Assembly (NCBI GenBank): GCA_022969815.1
Contig: GCA_022969815.1_4535.1
Reading direction: 5' to 3' (one strand)
Origin: Escherichia coli
GTDB lineage: Bacteria > Pseudomonadota > Gammaproteobacteria > Enterobacterales > Enterobacteriaceae
Length of the DNA: 64,000 nt
The notes under the pieces were generated by a model. That model was not told the DNA's origin. It saw only the letters and a program-made list of their open reading frames with translations, and searched no databases. Positions within the stretch are counted from its first letter, which is position 1. Every line of letters begins with the position of its first letter. This document shows, piece by piece, positions 19,533-27,944 of the stretch. Made by a program: the position numbers and the translations under genes.

Positions 19533-19799
19533 CTTTAAATCTCACTTTAGGTAAGGATGGAGAGTTATTCACTACCTTCTTCACTTCCATCGGTTTGGCT
19601 TCCGCAAGAATCTCTTCCCACGTCTTCTCGATCATCATCTAATTCGTCCTCAAGATCCCATTGACGGGAGTAATCATTTTTCCTGTCACGATGGACAGAA
19701 GCTTTGTTAAAATCATTCTTAACTACAAAGTTGCGCATATTTTATCCTCCTCAATATTGATCTTATCACAAAACATATACACAATGCAAGCCCTAAAAA

Positions 19800-19830
19800 G
19801 AAAAAAGCCCCTAACCTTTCGGAAAGGGGT
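19800..19830 (-). terminator. rho-independent terminator
   Basis: CCCCTAACCTTTCGGAAAGGGG hairpin followed on minus strand by T-run. Confidence 0.4.
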
Positions 19831-19879
19831 TGTTAAAATAACAAGGAGGAGAGGGCAAAGTGCCCCAAGAGAGGAGAGG

Positions 19880-20170
19880 TTAAATTACAATTTTCTTAGG
19901 CTGTTCTTCCACAACGGTAGGAGTTTCTTCCTCCATTGCTTCATAATGTTCTTCCAACCAGTCTTCTACTTGCTCTTTAATGGCTTTCGCTGCTTGGAAT
20001 CGGAGAGGTTTTGCTGCTTCGTTATCATACACAAGTTCAACGATGTATTTCATTGCTGCGAGATAGTTCTCGGCAAACAATTCCTTCACTGTTGCTTGTG
20101 CTGCATCCATAGCATAAATTTGTTGCATTTCTGCTGTAGGTCGTCCACGACCACGTTTGAGTTTAGGCAT
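19880..20170 (-). CDS. hypothetical DNA-binding protein (small terminase subunit candidate)
   Basis: 96-aa ORF with N-terminal KRGRGRP basic motif, upstream of packaging genes; weak assignment. Confidence 0.3.
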   Translation of the reverse strand: MPKLKRGRGRPTAEMQQIYAMDAAQATVKELFAENYLAAMKYIVELVYDNEAAKPLRFQAAKAIKEQVEDWLEEHYEAMEEETPTVVEEQPKKIVI

Positions 20171-20228
20171 ATACAGTCCTCCTACATTTTATCCTATCAT
20201 ATAAAAAGGATGGTGTCAAGGTTTATAA

Positions 20229-21065
20229 TTAAGACAGTACAGAAGTAGGGGCTTCTAACCAAGTAAGGGAGATAACCACCCTGTTTGCATTTCCAGATGT
20301 GTTTATCAGTTCCATCCTAAAAGATCCACCTGCTGGTATTATCCTGTAACCAGAAGATACTGAACTAACTCCTGTTGCCCTGTTGTTCGGATTTGCACCA
20401 GAGGCTGGGATAAATGCAGGTATGAAGTACACAGTACCCACCGTAGGGTTTCCAGTTAAGGATCGAAATTGCGCAGCGGAGTTTGTTCCATATTTTAAGT
20501 TAACGTTCCTGTTAGCGTAAGAAGTACCGACTACACCTCCCGTAGAACCTGTGATAATTTTAGCTTCAAAACCTGTATAGAAAGGAGCAAAACTCCAATC
20601 TATAAAAGCACATTCTTTATCTGTAGGAGCCATAAACTCAAACCACTGTGTCACTCCTGATGGTAAACTAACATCTACCGTAAGTTGAAAAAGTCTACCT
20701 TCTATACTTGCAGCTTCTACTTGTGTCAATGTTTGTGTGAGGACTCTTGGATCTGACAAACCTGCAATTTTACGCATCGCGGCTTTTATATCAGTGTTTT
20801 CTGCCCTACGTATCGAAATCTTACCTGGTGCTGTACCCTCTGCTATTACAGAAGCAACGCCCCAGTTAGGCTGGATGAAAAAATCTTCATTAGGTTGTAA
20901 TAAGATGCAGTTTTTAACTTCAGACAGTGTTTCATTGTTTAAAGCTAAACGTATACCGACAGAGGATACGTTCTCTATGACATGTGCATATTTAGGATCT
21001 ACTTGAACTATGTCGAAAATGTTAGTCCATGCATTCGTCCCTATACCAGGTGCAATTATTTTCAT
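20229..21065 (-). CDS. hypothetical protein
   Basis: ATG at 21065 (MKIIAPGIG...) with GGAGA RBS preferred over upstream start of ORF 20229..21125. Confidence 0.45.
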   Translation of the reverse strand: MKIIAPGIGTNAWTNIFDIVQVDPKYAHVIENVSSVGIRLALNNETLSEVKNCILLQPNEDFFIQPNWGVASVIAEGTAPGKISIRRAENTDIKAAMRKIAGLSDPRVLTQTLTQVEAASIEGRLFQLTVDVSLPSGVTQWFEFMAPTDKECAFIDWSFAPFYTGFEAKIITGSTGGVVGTSYANRNVNLKYGTNSAAQFRSLTGNPTVGTVYFIPAFIPASGANPNNRATGVSSVSSGYRIIPAGGSFRMELINTSGNANRVVISLTWLEAPTSVLS

Positions 21066-21074
21066 TGGTATCTC

Positions 21075-21104
21075 CAAAATAAAAAGCCTCCACGAGGGAG
21101 GCTT
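21075..21104 (-). terminator. rho-independent terminator
   Basis: AGCCTCCACGAGGGAGGCT hairpin followed on minus strand by T-rich run. Confidence 0.45.
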
Positions 21105-21185
21105 GGAATATGTTAGGGCTAACATGTGTCCCTAATGCTATTTTAACATTTTGGTATAAAAATGTCTTTAGGATAATTCTTAGAA

Positions 21186-21455
21186 TTAAGGTCGGTTAAT
21201 TACCTTAACAGTTTGTCCTTTGTCGTTCATCAGATAGGCTGATTCAGTTTTGTGAACAAAGATAACACGTTCACCTGCGATAACAGAGGCTACCACGCCA
21301 TCTGGTCGATCATAACCTTCCCAATGATACTGAATAATTACGTCATCCTCTAAGCAGTAAAAGAATTCTTCTTCATTTACATTGAAAGGGACGGTATTGT
21401 AAATCTTTACTTCATCTTCTTTAGAAAATTTACGGATTGTTTTTAACGTATACAT
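21186..21455 (-). CDS. hypothetical protein
   Basis: ORF 21186..21683 truncated to ATG at 21455 (MYTLKTIRKF...) because its N-terminal part overlaps tRNA genes. Confidence 0.4.
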   Translation of the reverse strand: MYTLKTIRKFSKEDEVKIYNTVPFNVNEEEFFYCLEDDVIIQYHWEGYDRPDGVVASVIAGERVIFVHKTESAYLMNDKGQTVKVINRP

Positions 21456-21568
21456 GATTTGTCCTATTAAGTATTTAGTGTTTAGTGGGTTGTGCGTTTT
21501 AGGAGTCGCACCCCTCCCTCTTAGAAGGAACCAGGCAAGGTCTTCAAAGATACCGCTGGCGCGATATT

Positions 21569-21647
21569 TGGAGGCGGGAATCGGATTCGAACCGATGATC
21601 TCCAGCATATGAAACTGGCGAGGACGACCAAACTCCTCTATCCCGCT
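21569..21647 (-). tRNA. tRNA-Met (anticodon CAU; Ile2 not excluded)
   Basis: T-arm ATCGG-TTCGAAT-CCGAT, anticodon loop UUCAUAU, encoded CCA; folded by eye. Confidence 0.55.
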
Positions 21648-21651
21648 ATTA

Positions 21652-21724
21652 GGTGTCCCGTGCTGGATTCGAACCAGCATCACAATAGTTGTGGATCTCT
21701 TATCCTGTAAGTCTAACGGGAAAC
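21652..21724 (-). tRNA. tRNA-like element, anticodon arm unresolved
   Basis: Canonical T-arm GCTGG-TTCGAAT-CCAGC and acceptor-like 3' end, but no canonical anticodon stem-loop found. Confidence 0.3.
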
Positions 21725-21798
21725 TGGTTGTTTCGACAAGAATCGAACTTGTATCTCACGATTATCAGTCGTGGGTTCTACCATTGAACTACGAAACA
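21725..21798 (-). tRNA. tRNA-Ile (anticodon GAU)
   Basis: Acceptor UGUUUCG/CGAAACA, D-arm GUUC-AAUGGUA-GAAC, anticodon loop CUGAUAA, T-arm, encoded CCA. Confidence 0.6.
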
Positions 21799-21821
21799 TT
21801 TAATTGGTAGGAATTGCAGGA

Positions 21822-22163
21822 TTACCAAGTAACATCATGCCCTGAATGGAAAGCGCAATGACAGTTCTTACAGAGTAAGACGCAATTCTCTATCTCTTTG
21901 TCTATTCTTGCAAGTGACCAGCCACGCATAGATCCGTAGTTCTTATCTTTTATTGCTGGGTCAAGATGGTGAATATCCAAAGATTCTTCATACTGATTAA
22001 ATCCGCAAGCGGCGCACTTACCTCCTAACTTATCACGAGCATATTTTTTCTTATGTTGTCCAAGTTCTGTCGTATACTTATTATGACAGGCTCCACAAAT
22101 AGATTTCTTATGTCCGTAGAATTTCGTAGGATCTTCTTCGCCACAATGACTGCATTTACACAT
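21822..22163 (-). CDS. HNH endonuclease
   Basis: 113 aa; Cys-rich MCKCSHCGEED...CGACHNKY...CKNCHCAFHSGH with zinc-finger/HNH spacing; embedded in tRNA cluster. Confidence 0.55.
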   Translation of the reverse strand: MCKCSHCGEEDPTKFYGHKKSICGACHNKYTTELGQHKKKYARDKLGGKCAACGFNQYEESLDIHHLDPAIKDKNYGSMRGWSLARIDKEIENCVLLCKNCHCAFHSGHDVTW

Positions 22164-22184
22164 ACAAAAAATCTCTTTACAAAT

Positions 22185-22260
22185 TGGTCAGCCTAAGAAG
22201 ACTTGAACTTCTAACCTCACCGCCCCAAACGGCGCACTCTTCCAATTGAGCTATAGGCTG
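22185..22260 (-). tRNA. tRNA-Pro (anticodon UGG)
   Basis: Acceptor CAGCCUA/UAGGCUG, anticodon stem CGCCG/CGGUG with loop UUUGGGG, T-loop UUCAAGU, encoded CCA. Confidence 0.6.
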
Positions 22261-22460
22261 TTAATAAAAAATCTCACGTCTTATACAAGCTAACCTTTTG
22301 CCTGATGCATGAAATTTAAATACATTCTAAAGGTACACCGTAAAAGATTGTCGGGGCGATACTTCAAAAACATACCGATCCGTAGATCGATAATCAGACA
22401 AACTTCGACGGCTCCTCGTTTTTAACTTCACACTTAAGGTAGTGACTCACCTTTGTTATA

Positions 22461-22536
22461 TGGCTGGTCTGTCTGGATTTGAACCAAACCTACGACAGTC
22501 AAAGTGTCGTGTGCTACCGGACTACAATACAAACCA
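22461..22536 (-). tRNA. tRNA-Gln (anticodon UUG)
   Basis: Starts with U1-A72 pair as in bacterial tRNA-Gln; anticodon stem CGACA/UGUCG, loop CUUUGAC; T-loop UUCAAAU; encoded CCA. Confidence 0.6.
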
Positions 22537-22626
22537 TTTAATGAAGGGCAACCAGAAGAGGTGTGAGAGAAGGAGAAAACCATGAGTAAAAGAGAAAGTT
22601 TTCTGGCAACCCTTTATTAAATAATT

Positions 22627-22700
22627 TGGAGCGTTCTACGAGTTTCGAACTCGTGCCGCCGACTTGGAAGGACGGAATGCTACCGCTACACCAAGAACGC
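22627..22700 (-). tRNA. tRNA-Gly (anticodon UCC)
   Basis: Acceptor GCGUUCU/AGAACGC, anticodon loop CUUCCAA, T-arm ACGAG-UUCGAAA-CUCGU, encoded CCA. Confidence 0.55.
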
Positions 22701-22929
22701 CCTACATCTTTACTATACTACATTTTACTATCAGTTGTCAATAGTTTTATTGGGCGGGACAGTGACGAGTATCCCATTGGGTGACTAACCCTACGTTCGG
22801 TTGTGATTAATCTCCTGGGTGTCGCTTGCAACACTGGAAAACTCTCACGTCGATGGGAGAATCCGCTTCTTCTTTACCCCATCCAACCCTACTCCGGTCA
22901 AGTTTCAGGTGACTCTTTTTGTGATCAAC

Positions 22930-23260
22930 ACAATACTAAGAACACTGTCTTTCGAGCAGACCTTGTGCACAGGATACGACGATCAATCACAGTGCTCTTA
23001 ATGTTGTGCCACAATAATAAGAACATTCAAACGATGACCACTTTTAGTGGAGAGATTTACAAAATGCTCTTAATGTTGTGTTGTGAATACTAACCTCGGA
23101 ACTCATTACCGCGCTTTGGCTCGACCTTATTACAGGTTAGTGAATGTCTTTCGTCCGATTACATTCAATAAATTTGCTTTCTTCACAACGATAAGAACAC
23201 TTAACAGAAGATAGGTCTGATTGCCTCGGATGATTTCTCAGTAGCCTAAATGTTCTTACC
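22930..23260. repeat. repeat-containing spacer within tRNA cluster (TAAGAACA motif x4, 15-bp direct repeat x2)
   Basis: TAAGAACA at 22937, 23018, 23192 and inverted at 23251; GCTCTTAATGTTGTG at 22994-23008 and 23066-23080. Confidence 0.45.
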
Positions 23261-23268
23261 TGTTATGT

Positions 23269-23344
23269 TGGTGCTCCAAGTAGGACTCGAACCTACGACC
23301 TCATGCTTACAAGGCAAGTGCTCTACCAACTGAGCTATTGAAGC
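23269..23344 (-). tRNA. tRNA-Thr (anticodon UGU)
   Basis: Acceptor GCUUCAA/UUGGAGC, D-arm AGCUCAGUUGGUAGAGC, anticodon loop CUUGUAA, T-arm GUAGG-UUCGAGU-CCUAC, encoded CCA. Confidence 0.6.
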
Positions 23345-23696
23345 GTATTGCGCCCCTTCAGCCATGCTTGATGTTGACCAGAACACAGTTAAACTGTGGG
23401 AGGAGGAACACCGCAGGGGGCTTCAGTTGGACGACTTACAGGGAGCGACCCTGTTTCTTTTCTGGGACTCGGCAGGATTCGATACCTGCAATTCCAGAAG
23501 CCTCTTGGCAACTGAGGGTTTACCTTAACCCTACAAGTCCATAATTCTTAAATACTTTGGAGCCTTACTGATAAACCGTTAGTTTGTAACATAGCGTATT
23601 TCCATTCTGGGGCACCGCCTGTGAATGTAATTCCAATACAAACTTTCTCAAGATCAAACCAATTATCAAATAACATTACAACCTCCAGTTTGAATT

Positions 23697-23780
23697 TGGT
23701 GTGAGATGATGGATTCGAACCACCGCGCCTTTCAGAAGGGATTTACAGTCCCCCGCAATCGACCACTCTGCCAATCTCAC
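23697..23780 (-). tRNA. tRNA-Tyr (anticodon GUA)
   Basis: Acceptor GUGAGAU/AUCUCAC, anticodon loop CUGUAAA, long variable arm, T-arm GGUGG-UUCGAAU-CCAUC, encoded CCA. Confidence 0.6.
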
Positions 23781-23904
23781 AAAATTGTTTTTAAAGTAGC
23801 CAGTATTCGCGGTACTGACTATGCGGTATCGGAGATGGTGAGAGCCATCTGCCGAAAGTTTACTCTGTTAAAGTAAGAAACAACAAGCTACATTAAAAAC
23901 AACT

Positions 23905-23990
23905 TGGCGGTAGATGTAGGACTCGAACCTACACGCCGTTTCCGACTACAGTTTAGCAAACTGTTGTGGCTACCATTTCACCAATCTACC
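23905..23990 (-). tRNA. tRNA-Ser (anticodon GCU)
   Basis: Acceptor GGUAGAU/AUCUACC, anticodon stem ACAGU/ACUGU with loop UUGCUAA, long variable arm, encoded CCA. Confidence 0.6.
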
Positions 23991-23996
23991 TAAATT

Positions 23997-24086
23997 TGGA
24001 GGAAGGTAATGGAGTCGAACCATCACCGTATCTCTACAATGGGCCAGGGTTCAAATCTGGTTGCGTACCACTACGCCCTACCTTCC
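23997..24086 (-). tRNA. tRNA-Ser (anticodon UGA; long variable arm, Leu not excluded)
   Basis: Acceptor GGAAGGU/ACCUUCC, anticodon loop UUUGAAC with one stem mismatch, long variable arm, T-loop UUCGACU, encoded CCA. Confidence 0.5.
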
Positions 24087-24321
24087 ATACATTTAATCTA
24101 ACATAAAACGATGTTGATTGTCAACACCTTTTAAAACATTTTATTATGAATGGTGACTCCACCAACCCCCGTTCTCCACGAACGGTACTCTTCGAGCAAT
24201 CTACCCTTGCAATCAAACGTTGTACACCGTTAGCTTACTCATGCATATTTGCCTCATTCTCTGCCAACCATGATCAGTGGTAGGGTTCAAATCACTTGAG
24301 CTAATTCATACTAAAATGTTC

Positions 24322-24396
24322 TGGTGTCTTTACAAGGAATCGAACCTTGACTAAGAGTTTAGAAGACTCCTGTGCTATCCATTACACCATAAAGAC
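24322..24396 (-). tRNA. tRNA-Arg (anticodon UCU)
   Basis: Acceptor GUCUUUA/UAAAGAC, anticodon stem GGAGU/ACUCU with loop CUUCUAA, T-loop UUCGAUU, encoded CCA. Confidence 0.6.
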
Positions 24397-24398
24397 GT

Positions 24399-24473
24399 TG
24401 GTGGCCCTGACTGGTTTCGATCCAGTTGCCTATCGGTTATGAGCCGACTGCTCTCCCATTGAGCTACAGGGCC
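24399..24473 (-). tRNA. tRNA-Met (anticodon CAU; elongator or Ile2-type)
   Basis: Acceptor GGCCCUG/CAGGGCC with G1-C72, D-arm AGCUCAAUGGGAGAGC, anticodon loop CUCAUAA, encoded CCA. Confidence 0.6.
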
Positions 24474-24684
24474 GTAAATGTGGTAACAGAGACGTTGAAA
24501 GTAGTAGGAAGTAGCTACCATTCCTCGGACGTAAGCCCAACATTCAGCGTAAATGTTCTTGAGCCGAAGCTTTTCCATATGTTCTTTGGTAGCTAACCTC
24601 CGAACAAGTAGCCTCTAACATCTCCCCGATGCAAATCCGTCTTAACAACAGTCAACGACCCTGTTACCACACTTGATAAAGCGT

Positions 24685-24713
24685 ATCTTAACAAAATAAG
24701 ACACGCTTGTCAA
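24685..24713 (-). promoter_or_regulatory. sigma70-like promoter upstream of tRNA cluster
   Basis: Minus strand TTGACA - 17 nt - TAAGAT, located between upstream minus-strand genes and the first tRNA. Confidence 0.45.
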
Positions 24714-24730
24714 TACTTATTTCAAATATT

Positions 24731-24979
24731 TTAGGCGTAATCTTGAACCTCTTCAGAGTCACGTTTTTCAAGTAGTGCTATAACAAGTGCTTCAGCATTT
24801 TGCCAAGAGTTCTCCAGGTCCATTTGACGCATAAGAGCCAGGAAATCGATAACTTTAACGTCCTCGTTGATGACGATCCTAACACCGTCTTCACTCTCGG
24901 TAACATACTTCTCTGGGTTGAACATGAAGATTGCTCCACCTTCACCGTCAGTCAACACATGTTTTTCTACTAAAGACAT
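24731..24979 (-). CDS. hypothetical protein
   Basis: 82-aa acidic ORF, co-directional with tRNA cluster. Confidence 0.4.
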   Translation of the reverse strand: MSLVEKHVLTDGEGGAIFMFNPEKYVTESEDGVRIVINEDVKVIDFLALMRQMDLENSWQNAEALVIALLEKRDSEEVQDYA

Positions 24980-24990
24980 ATTGATTCCTC

Positions 24991-25251
24991 CTAATCGATT
25001 GTTTGTTCGTCCTCCATTACATTAGAAATGAGAACGTCTGTTATACCTTGATGCTGATAGACCCTTTCGGGGCTGTCGTCAAATGCCAAGCCTGTACATA
25101 TCGAACAGAGATCTGACTCTTGAATAATTCCATTTTTATCACGTCTGGAATGGTTAGTCAAGTGTCTGTTACAAGCCCGACAACGAAAATAAAAATTGTT
25201 TTGCATAAATCCTTCGAACCCCAAAATGGGGAGTAATCGGCATCTCCTCAC
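24991..25251 (-). CDS. hypothetical Cys-rich protein
   Basis: 86-aa ORF with CRACN...CSIC cysteine pairs. Confidence 0.4.
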   Translation of the reverse strand: MRRCRLLPILGFEGFMQNNFYFRCRACNRHLTNHSRRDKNGIIQESDLCSICTGLAFDDSPERVYQHQGITDVLISNVMEDEQTID

Positions 25252-25280
25252 TTTTAGTGTAGCACGAAGGTTATGTTAAG

Positions 25281-25472
25281 TCAACTGGGAATAATCTTAT
25301 CGCGTTTTGTTTCGTAACCTGTCCACTCAAGATCTCCCCAACCCTCATCACCATCCATCAAGTTATCTTCATCATCGTAAGATGAAATGTTGTAAATTGA
25401 CTTCGGATTACAAGACATACAATCTTTGATTGGGATGTGGTGCCACTTGCACGGATTCTCGCTGGTACTCAT
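25281..25472 (-). CDS. hypothetical Cys-rich protein
   Basis: 63-aa ORF with CKWHH...CMSC motif; first gene of minus-strand unit. Confidence 0.4.
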   Translation of the reverse strand: MSTSENPCKWHHIPIKDCMSCNPKSIYNISSYDDEDNLMDGDEGWGDLEWTGYETKRDKIIPS

Positions 25473-25789
25473 GTTAATCTCCTCTGTTATCGTGTTCTTG
25501 GGATGAACTCTAACATATGTAAGATCTAAAAGTCAACTAATTCTTTTAACTACTAACTAATAATAATTATTTTCTTTTTTGTTAGTTAGTTTGTTGATCA
25601 GTATAGAGCAGATCTGTTACTATCTAACTGTCTTTAAGATCTTTAAAACCTAAGTCTTTTAGATCGAGCATATACTTAACCAATAAAAACAAGACCTTAA
25701 CTCGCTGCGCTCGTTAATAGGTTTTTAGGGTATCACATTTCGATAATCAAAGTCAAGACAATTTTCAAATTATTTTCATTGTGCAAAGC

Positions 25790-25817
25790 TTGTGTTCTTT
25801 GGTGTATGTGTTATAGT
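25790..25817 (+). promoter_or_regulatory. sigma70-like early promoter (extended -10)
   Basis: TTGTGT - 16 nt - TG-T-TATAGT about 30 nt upstream of the first plus-strand gene, inside a 375-bp AT-rich divergent region. Confidence 0.4.
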
Positions 25818-25847
25818 GAATAAACTTAAACAAGAGAGGAGATATAA

Positions 25848-26060
25848 ATGAGTATTGCTAAGACAGCCAAACAACGTATGAAAGAAGGTATCAACCTAAC
25901 ACCACGACCTAAGCCTGGAGGTCACTATGTAACACATGCAAAAACTTACTGGGTTGATCAGATAGTCGGTAGTCGTGAAGTGGACAGTCCAAAAGAGTTC
26001 GACCGCCTGTGTTATGGGTACAGCGATATGGAAGACTTCATAGATCGCATTGTGGATTGA
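25848..26060 (+). CDS. hypothetical protein
   Basis: GAGAGGAG RBS; first gene of plus-strand block. Confidence 0.5.
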   Translation: MSIAKTAKQRMKEGINLTPRPKPGGHYVTHAKTYWVDQIVGSREVDSPKEFDRLCYGYSDMEDFIDRIVD

Positions 26061-26132
26061 TTAAGGTGCGAGGTAAGGTGATTTATCATCTTCATTTAAA
26101 TAGTACGTTAGAGACGCATTTAGGAGGGTAGG

Positions 26133-26459
26133 ATGAGGTTTACAAGACAAGAGGTGGTTGTACTGGACGAGGTAATGACAATGATCGTCTTTTACTATGA
26201 AGATATCTTCTGTGCAGCGTATCATTTAAACGACATTCAAATTGAATGGCAGCAGATAGCATTCCTGTTGGACAAGAGTAATCATCTGGATGGATTTGAG
26301 TATTTGGAATGGGATGGTGCAAGACAAATCAAAATTGTTGGATTAAATCATGATCAGCTTGTTGACATTGATTGCAAGCTGTGTCATTATCAGTTCTCAA
26401 ACAAAGTTAAACTCGAAAGACAATTGGAGGTAGTTAAAGATGATAGCACTAATCAGTGA
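26133..26459 (+). CDS. hypothetical protein
   Basis: AGGAGGG RBS 6 nt before ATG. Confidence 0.5.
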   Translation: MRFTRQEVVVLDEVMTMIVFYYEDIFCAAYHLNDIQIEWQQIAFLLDKSNHLDGFEYLEWDGARQIKIVGLNHDQLVDIDCKLCHYQFSNKVKLERQLEVVKDDSTNQ

Positions 26460-26552
26460 TCACCCATACCTGGCAACATTTGTTCTGATTTTTGCCCTTG
26501 CTGTAATTCACGATGTTCTGATAAGTTATTTTGACAACAAAGGAGGTAAGAA

Positions 26553-26747
26553 ATGAAAGATGTTATTCAAATGATTTTCCGTGTCACCCTTGATGATAAT
26601 CATGTTGTTAAAGGCACCCAGAACTACACAGAAGCGAAAGAACATTTCCTGGAATGGATTGAGACGTTGAAGACACAAAACGTGTCCTACAGTCGCGTTA
26701 CGCTCTCTGGCGACCATATGCCGATCATGGAGTATACAAAGAAATGA
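26553..26747 (+). CDS. hypothetical protein
   Basis: AAGGAGGT RBS. Confidence 0.5.
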   Translation: MKDVIQMIFRVTLDDNHVVKGTQNYTEAKEHFLEWIETLKTQNVSYSRVTLSGDHMPIMEYTKK

Positions 26748-26983
26748 GTAAATATCCAATTACAGGTGTGACCTACTCGTGCGTAGGTAAAGGTGGTTTG
26801 TATTCGGTTGTGGAATTTCCAAAACCTGCTGGAGTATCTAAAGTCTTCGATCCAATCGTTATCTATGAAGACTTACGTACTGGACAACACTACTGGCGTT
26901 TCCAGGGTGATTTTTTAGATCGTATGGAGGTAGTTAATGGCGACAACACCGAAGAAGTCATCAAAAACAAAAACCGCTACTAA
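26744..26983 (+). CDS. hypothetical protein
   Basis: ATGA start/stop overlap with upstream gene. Confidence 0.45.
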   Translation: MSKYPITGVTYSCVGKGGLYSVVEFPKPAGVSKVFDPIVIYEDLRTGQHYWRFQGDFLDRMEVVNGDNTEEVIKNKNRY

Positions 26984-27293
26984 GAAACCCAAGAAGAACG
27001 AAGTTCTGAAGGTTGCTAAATCAGTCCCTAAGAAAGATAAATTTGATACGGAGGCATTCGTCTTTGACACAGCTATCGAGAAAATTGAAGAAGCGTTGCA
27101 GCGTCTTGAGGAGCAGGAGGCAGACCCAATGGCTGAACCACTCACCCAAGATCAACTCTACTGGTGGGGAGTATGGACCTTGCAAATGCCAGACGCAAAA
27201 AGACGAGGAATGACTTCAGTTCCTACTTGTGCAAAAGAGGCTGCTGTGTTAGGCTTGTACGAGAAATCCAAGAAAGGGGGTAAAAAGAAATGA
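26937..27293 (+). CDS. hypothetical lysine-rich protein (possible nucleic-acid binding)
   Basis: GGAGG RBS; N-terminus MATTPKKSSKTKTATKKPKKNEV and C-terminal KKGGKKK. Confidence 0.45.
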   Translation: MATTPKKSSKTKTATKKPKKNEVLKVAKSVPKKDKFDTEAFVFDTAIEKIEEALQRLEEQEADPMAEPLTQDQLYWWGVWTLQMPDAKRRGMTSVPTCAKEAAVLGLYEKSKKGGKKK

Positions 27294-27571
27294 CCAAGAC
27301 TTTCCTGAAGTGTGTAAAAGCAAAAGAGAACGAATGGTACTCTGGACTCTTTACTGTAGGCAAGAAGTACGAGATCCTCAACGGGACAGGTAAGAAGTTT
27401 TCTCTTGTTGTAAACGACGAAGGTGCGGAGCAAATGGTATTTGCTGAAAGCTCTGTCTACGGTATCTTTGAAGTAGTGCAAGAAGGTTCTCCATTAGTCC
27501 TGGAGTATCTCGGCACTAATCAACCATACACTGCCCTGGATGTTATCAACAACAAGAAGGATGCAAAATGA
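27290..27571 (+). CDS. hypothetical protein
   Basis: AAGGGGG RBS; overlapping stop/start. Confidence 0.5.
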   Translation: MTKTFLKCVKAKENEWYSGLFTVGKKYEILNGTGKKFSLVVNDEGAEQMVFAESSVYGIFEVVQEGSPLVLEYLGTNQPYTALDVINNKKDAK

Positions 27572-27750
27572 TTCTGCTTTATTCCGGTAAGGCAAAATAC
27601 ATGCAAGGTGTTAAGCGTGTAGAGGTTACTAAGACGGTTACAATTGGAAAGTCTTTCGTGGTATACTGCTTCCTTGTTAACGGAACAGAGTATGCTGTTG
27701 CAAAGACTTTGGTTGATAATGGTAAAACTTGGAAAGTGGAGGCACTATGA
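27568..27750 (+). CDS. hypothetical protein
   Basis: AAGGAT RBS; overlapping stop/start. Confidence 0.45.
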   Translation: MILLYSGKAKYMQGVKRVEVTKTVTIGKSFVVYCFLVNGTEYAVAKTLVDNGKTWKVEAL

Positions 27751-27944
27751 TCAGTGTGGCTGGATGGGTTGTACTGGCAACCCTCAATGGGAATGTCACC
27801 GTGGAGACTAAAACAATCTTCAAAGCACCAGAAGATTGTTATAACTCTCTGGTGGCATGGCCTCGTGATGAGGATGATAAGGCAGAGTATCAGTGTTTTT
27901 ACATTGAAGCTCAACCTGTTGAATTTGAGGTTAAAGTGAAATGA
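27747..27944 (+). CDS. hypothetical protein
   Basis: GGAGG RBS before ATG at 27747, preferred over upstream start of ORF 27729..27944. Confidence 0.45.
   Translation: MISVAGWVVLATLNGNVTVETKTIFKAPEDCYNSLVAWPRDEDDKAEYQCFYIEAQPVEFEVKVK

Noticed and set aside
19661-20248. Plus-strand 195-aa ORF 19661..20248
   Set aside because: Antisense to minus-strand gene 19880..20170 and a terminator; Phe/Cys-rich low-complexity translation.
21186-21683. Full-length 165-aa ORF 21186..21683
   Set aside because: Its N-terminal 76 codons run through two tRNA genes; an internal ATG at 21455 gives a compact gene clear of the tRNAs.
22803-23093. ORFs 22803..23093 and 22819..23001 inside the tRNA-cluster spacer
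   Set aside because: No RBS, opposite orientation to the surrounding transcription unit, and they overlap the repeat motifs; more likely non-coding.
22930-23260. CRISPR array
   Set aside because: Repeats are short (8-15 bp), few, irregularly spaced and partly inverted; no CRISPR-like repeat-spacer periodicity anywhere in the window.
23440-23545. tRNA-like sequence with acceptor-like GGACUUG/CGAGUCC, D-arm-like GGGU-UAAGGUAA-ACCC and a TATCGAAT loop
   Set aside because: No canonical 5-bp/7-nt anticodon arm could be drawn and the T-loop would be 8 nt; possibly a pseudo-tRNA, so not called as a tRNA.
24148-24245. Possible tRNA 3' end (TGGTGACTCC, CCA-like) on minus strand
   Set aside because: No matching 5' acceptor strand, T-arm or anticodon arm found.
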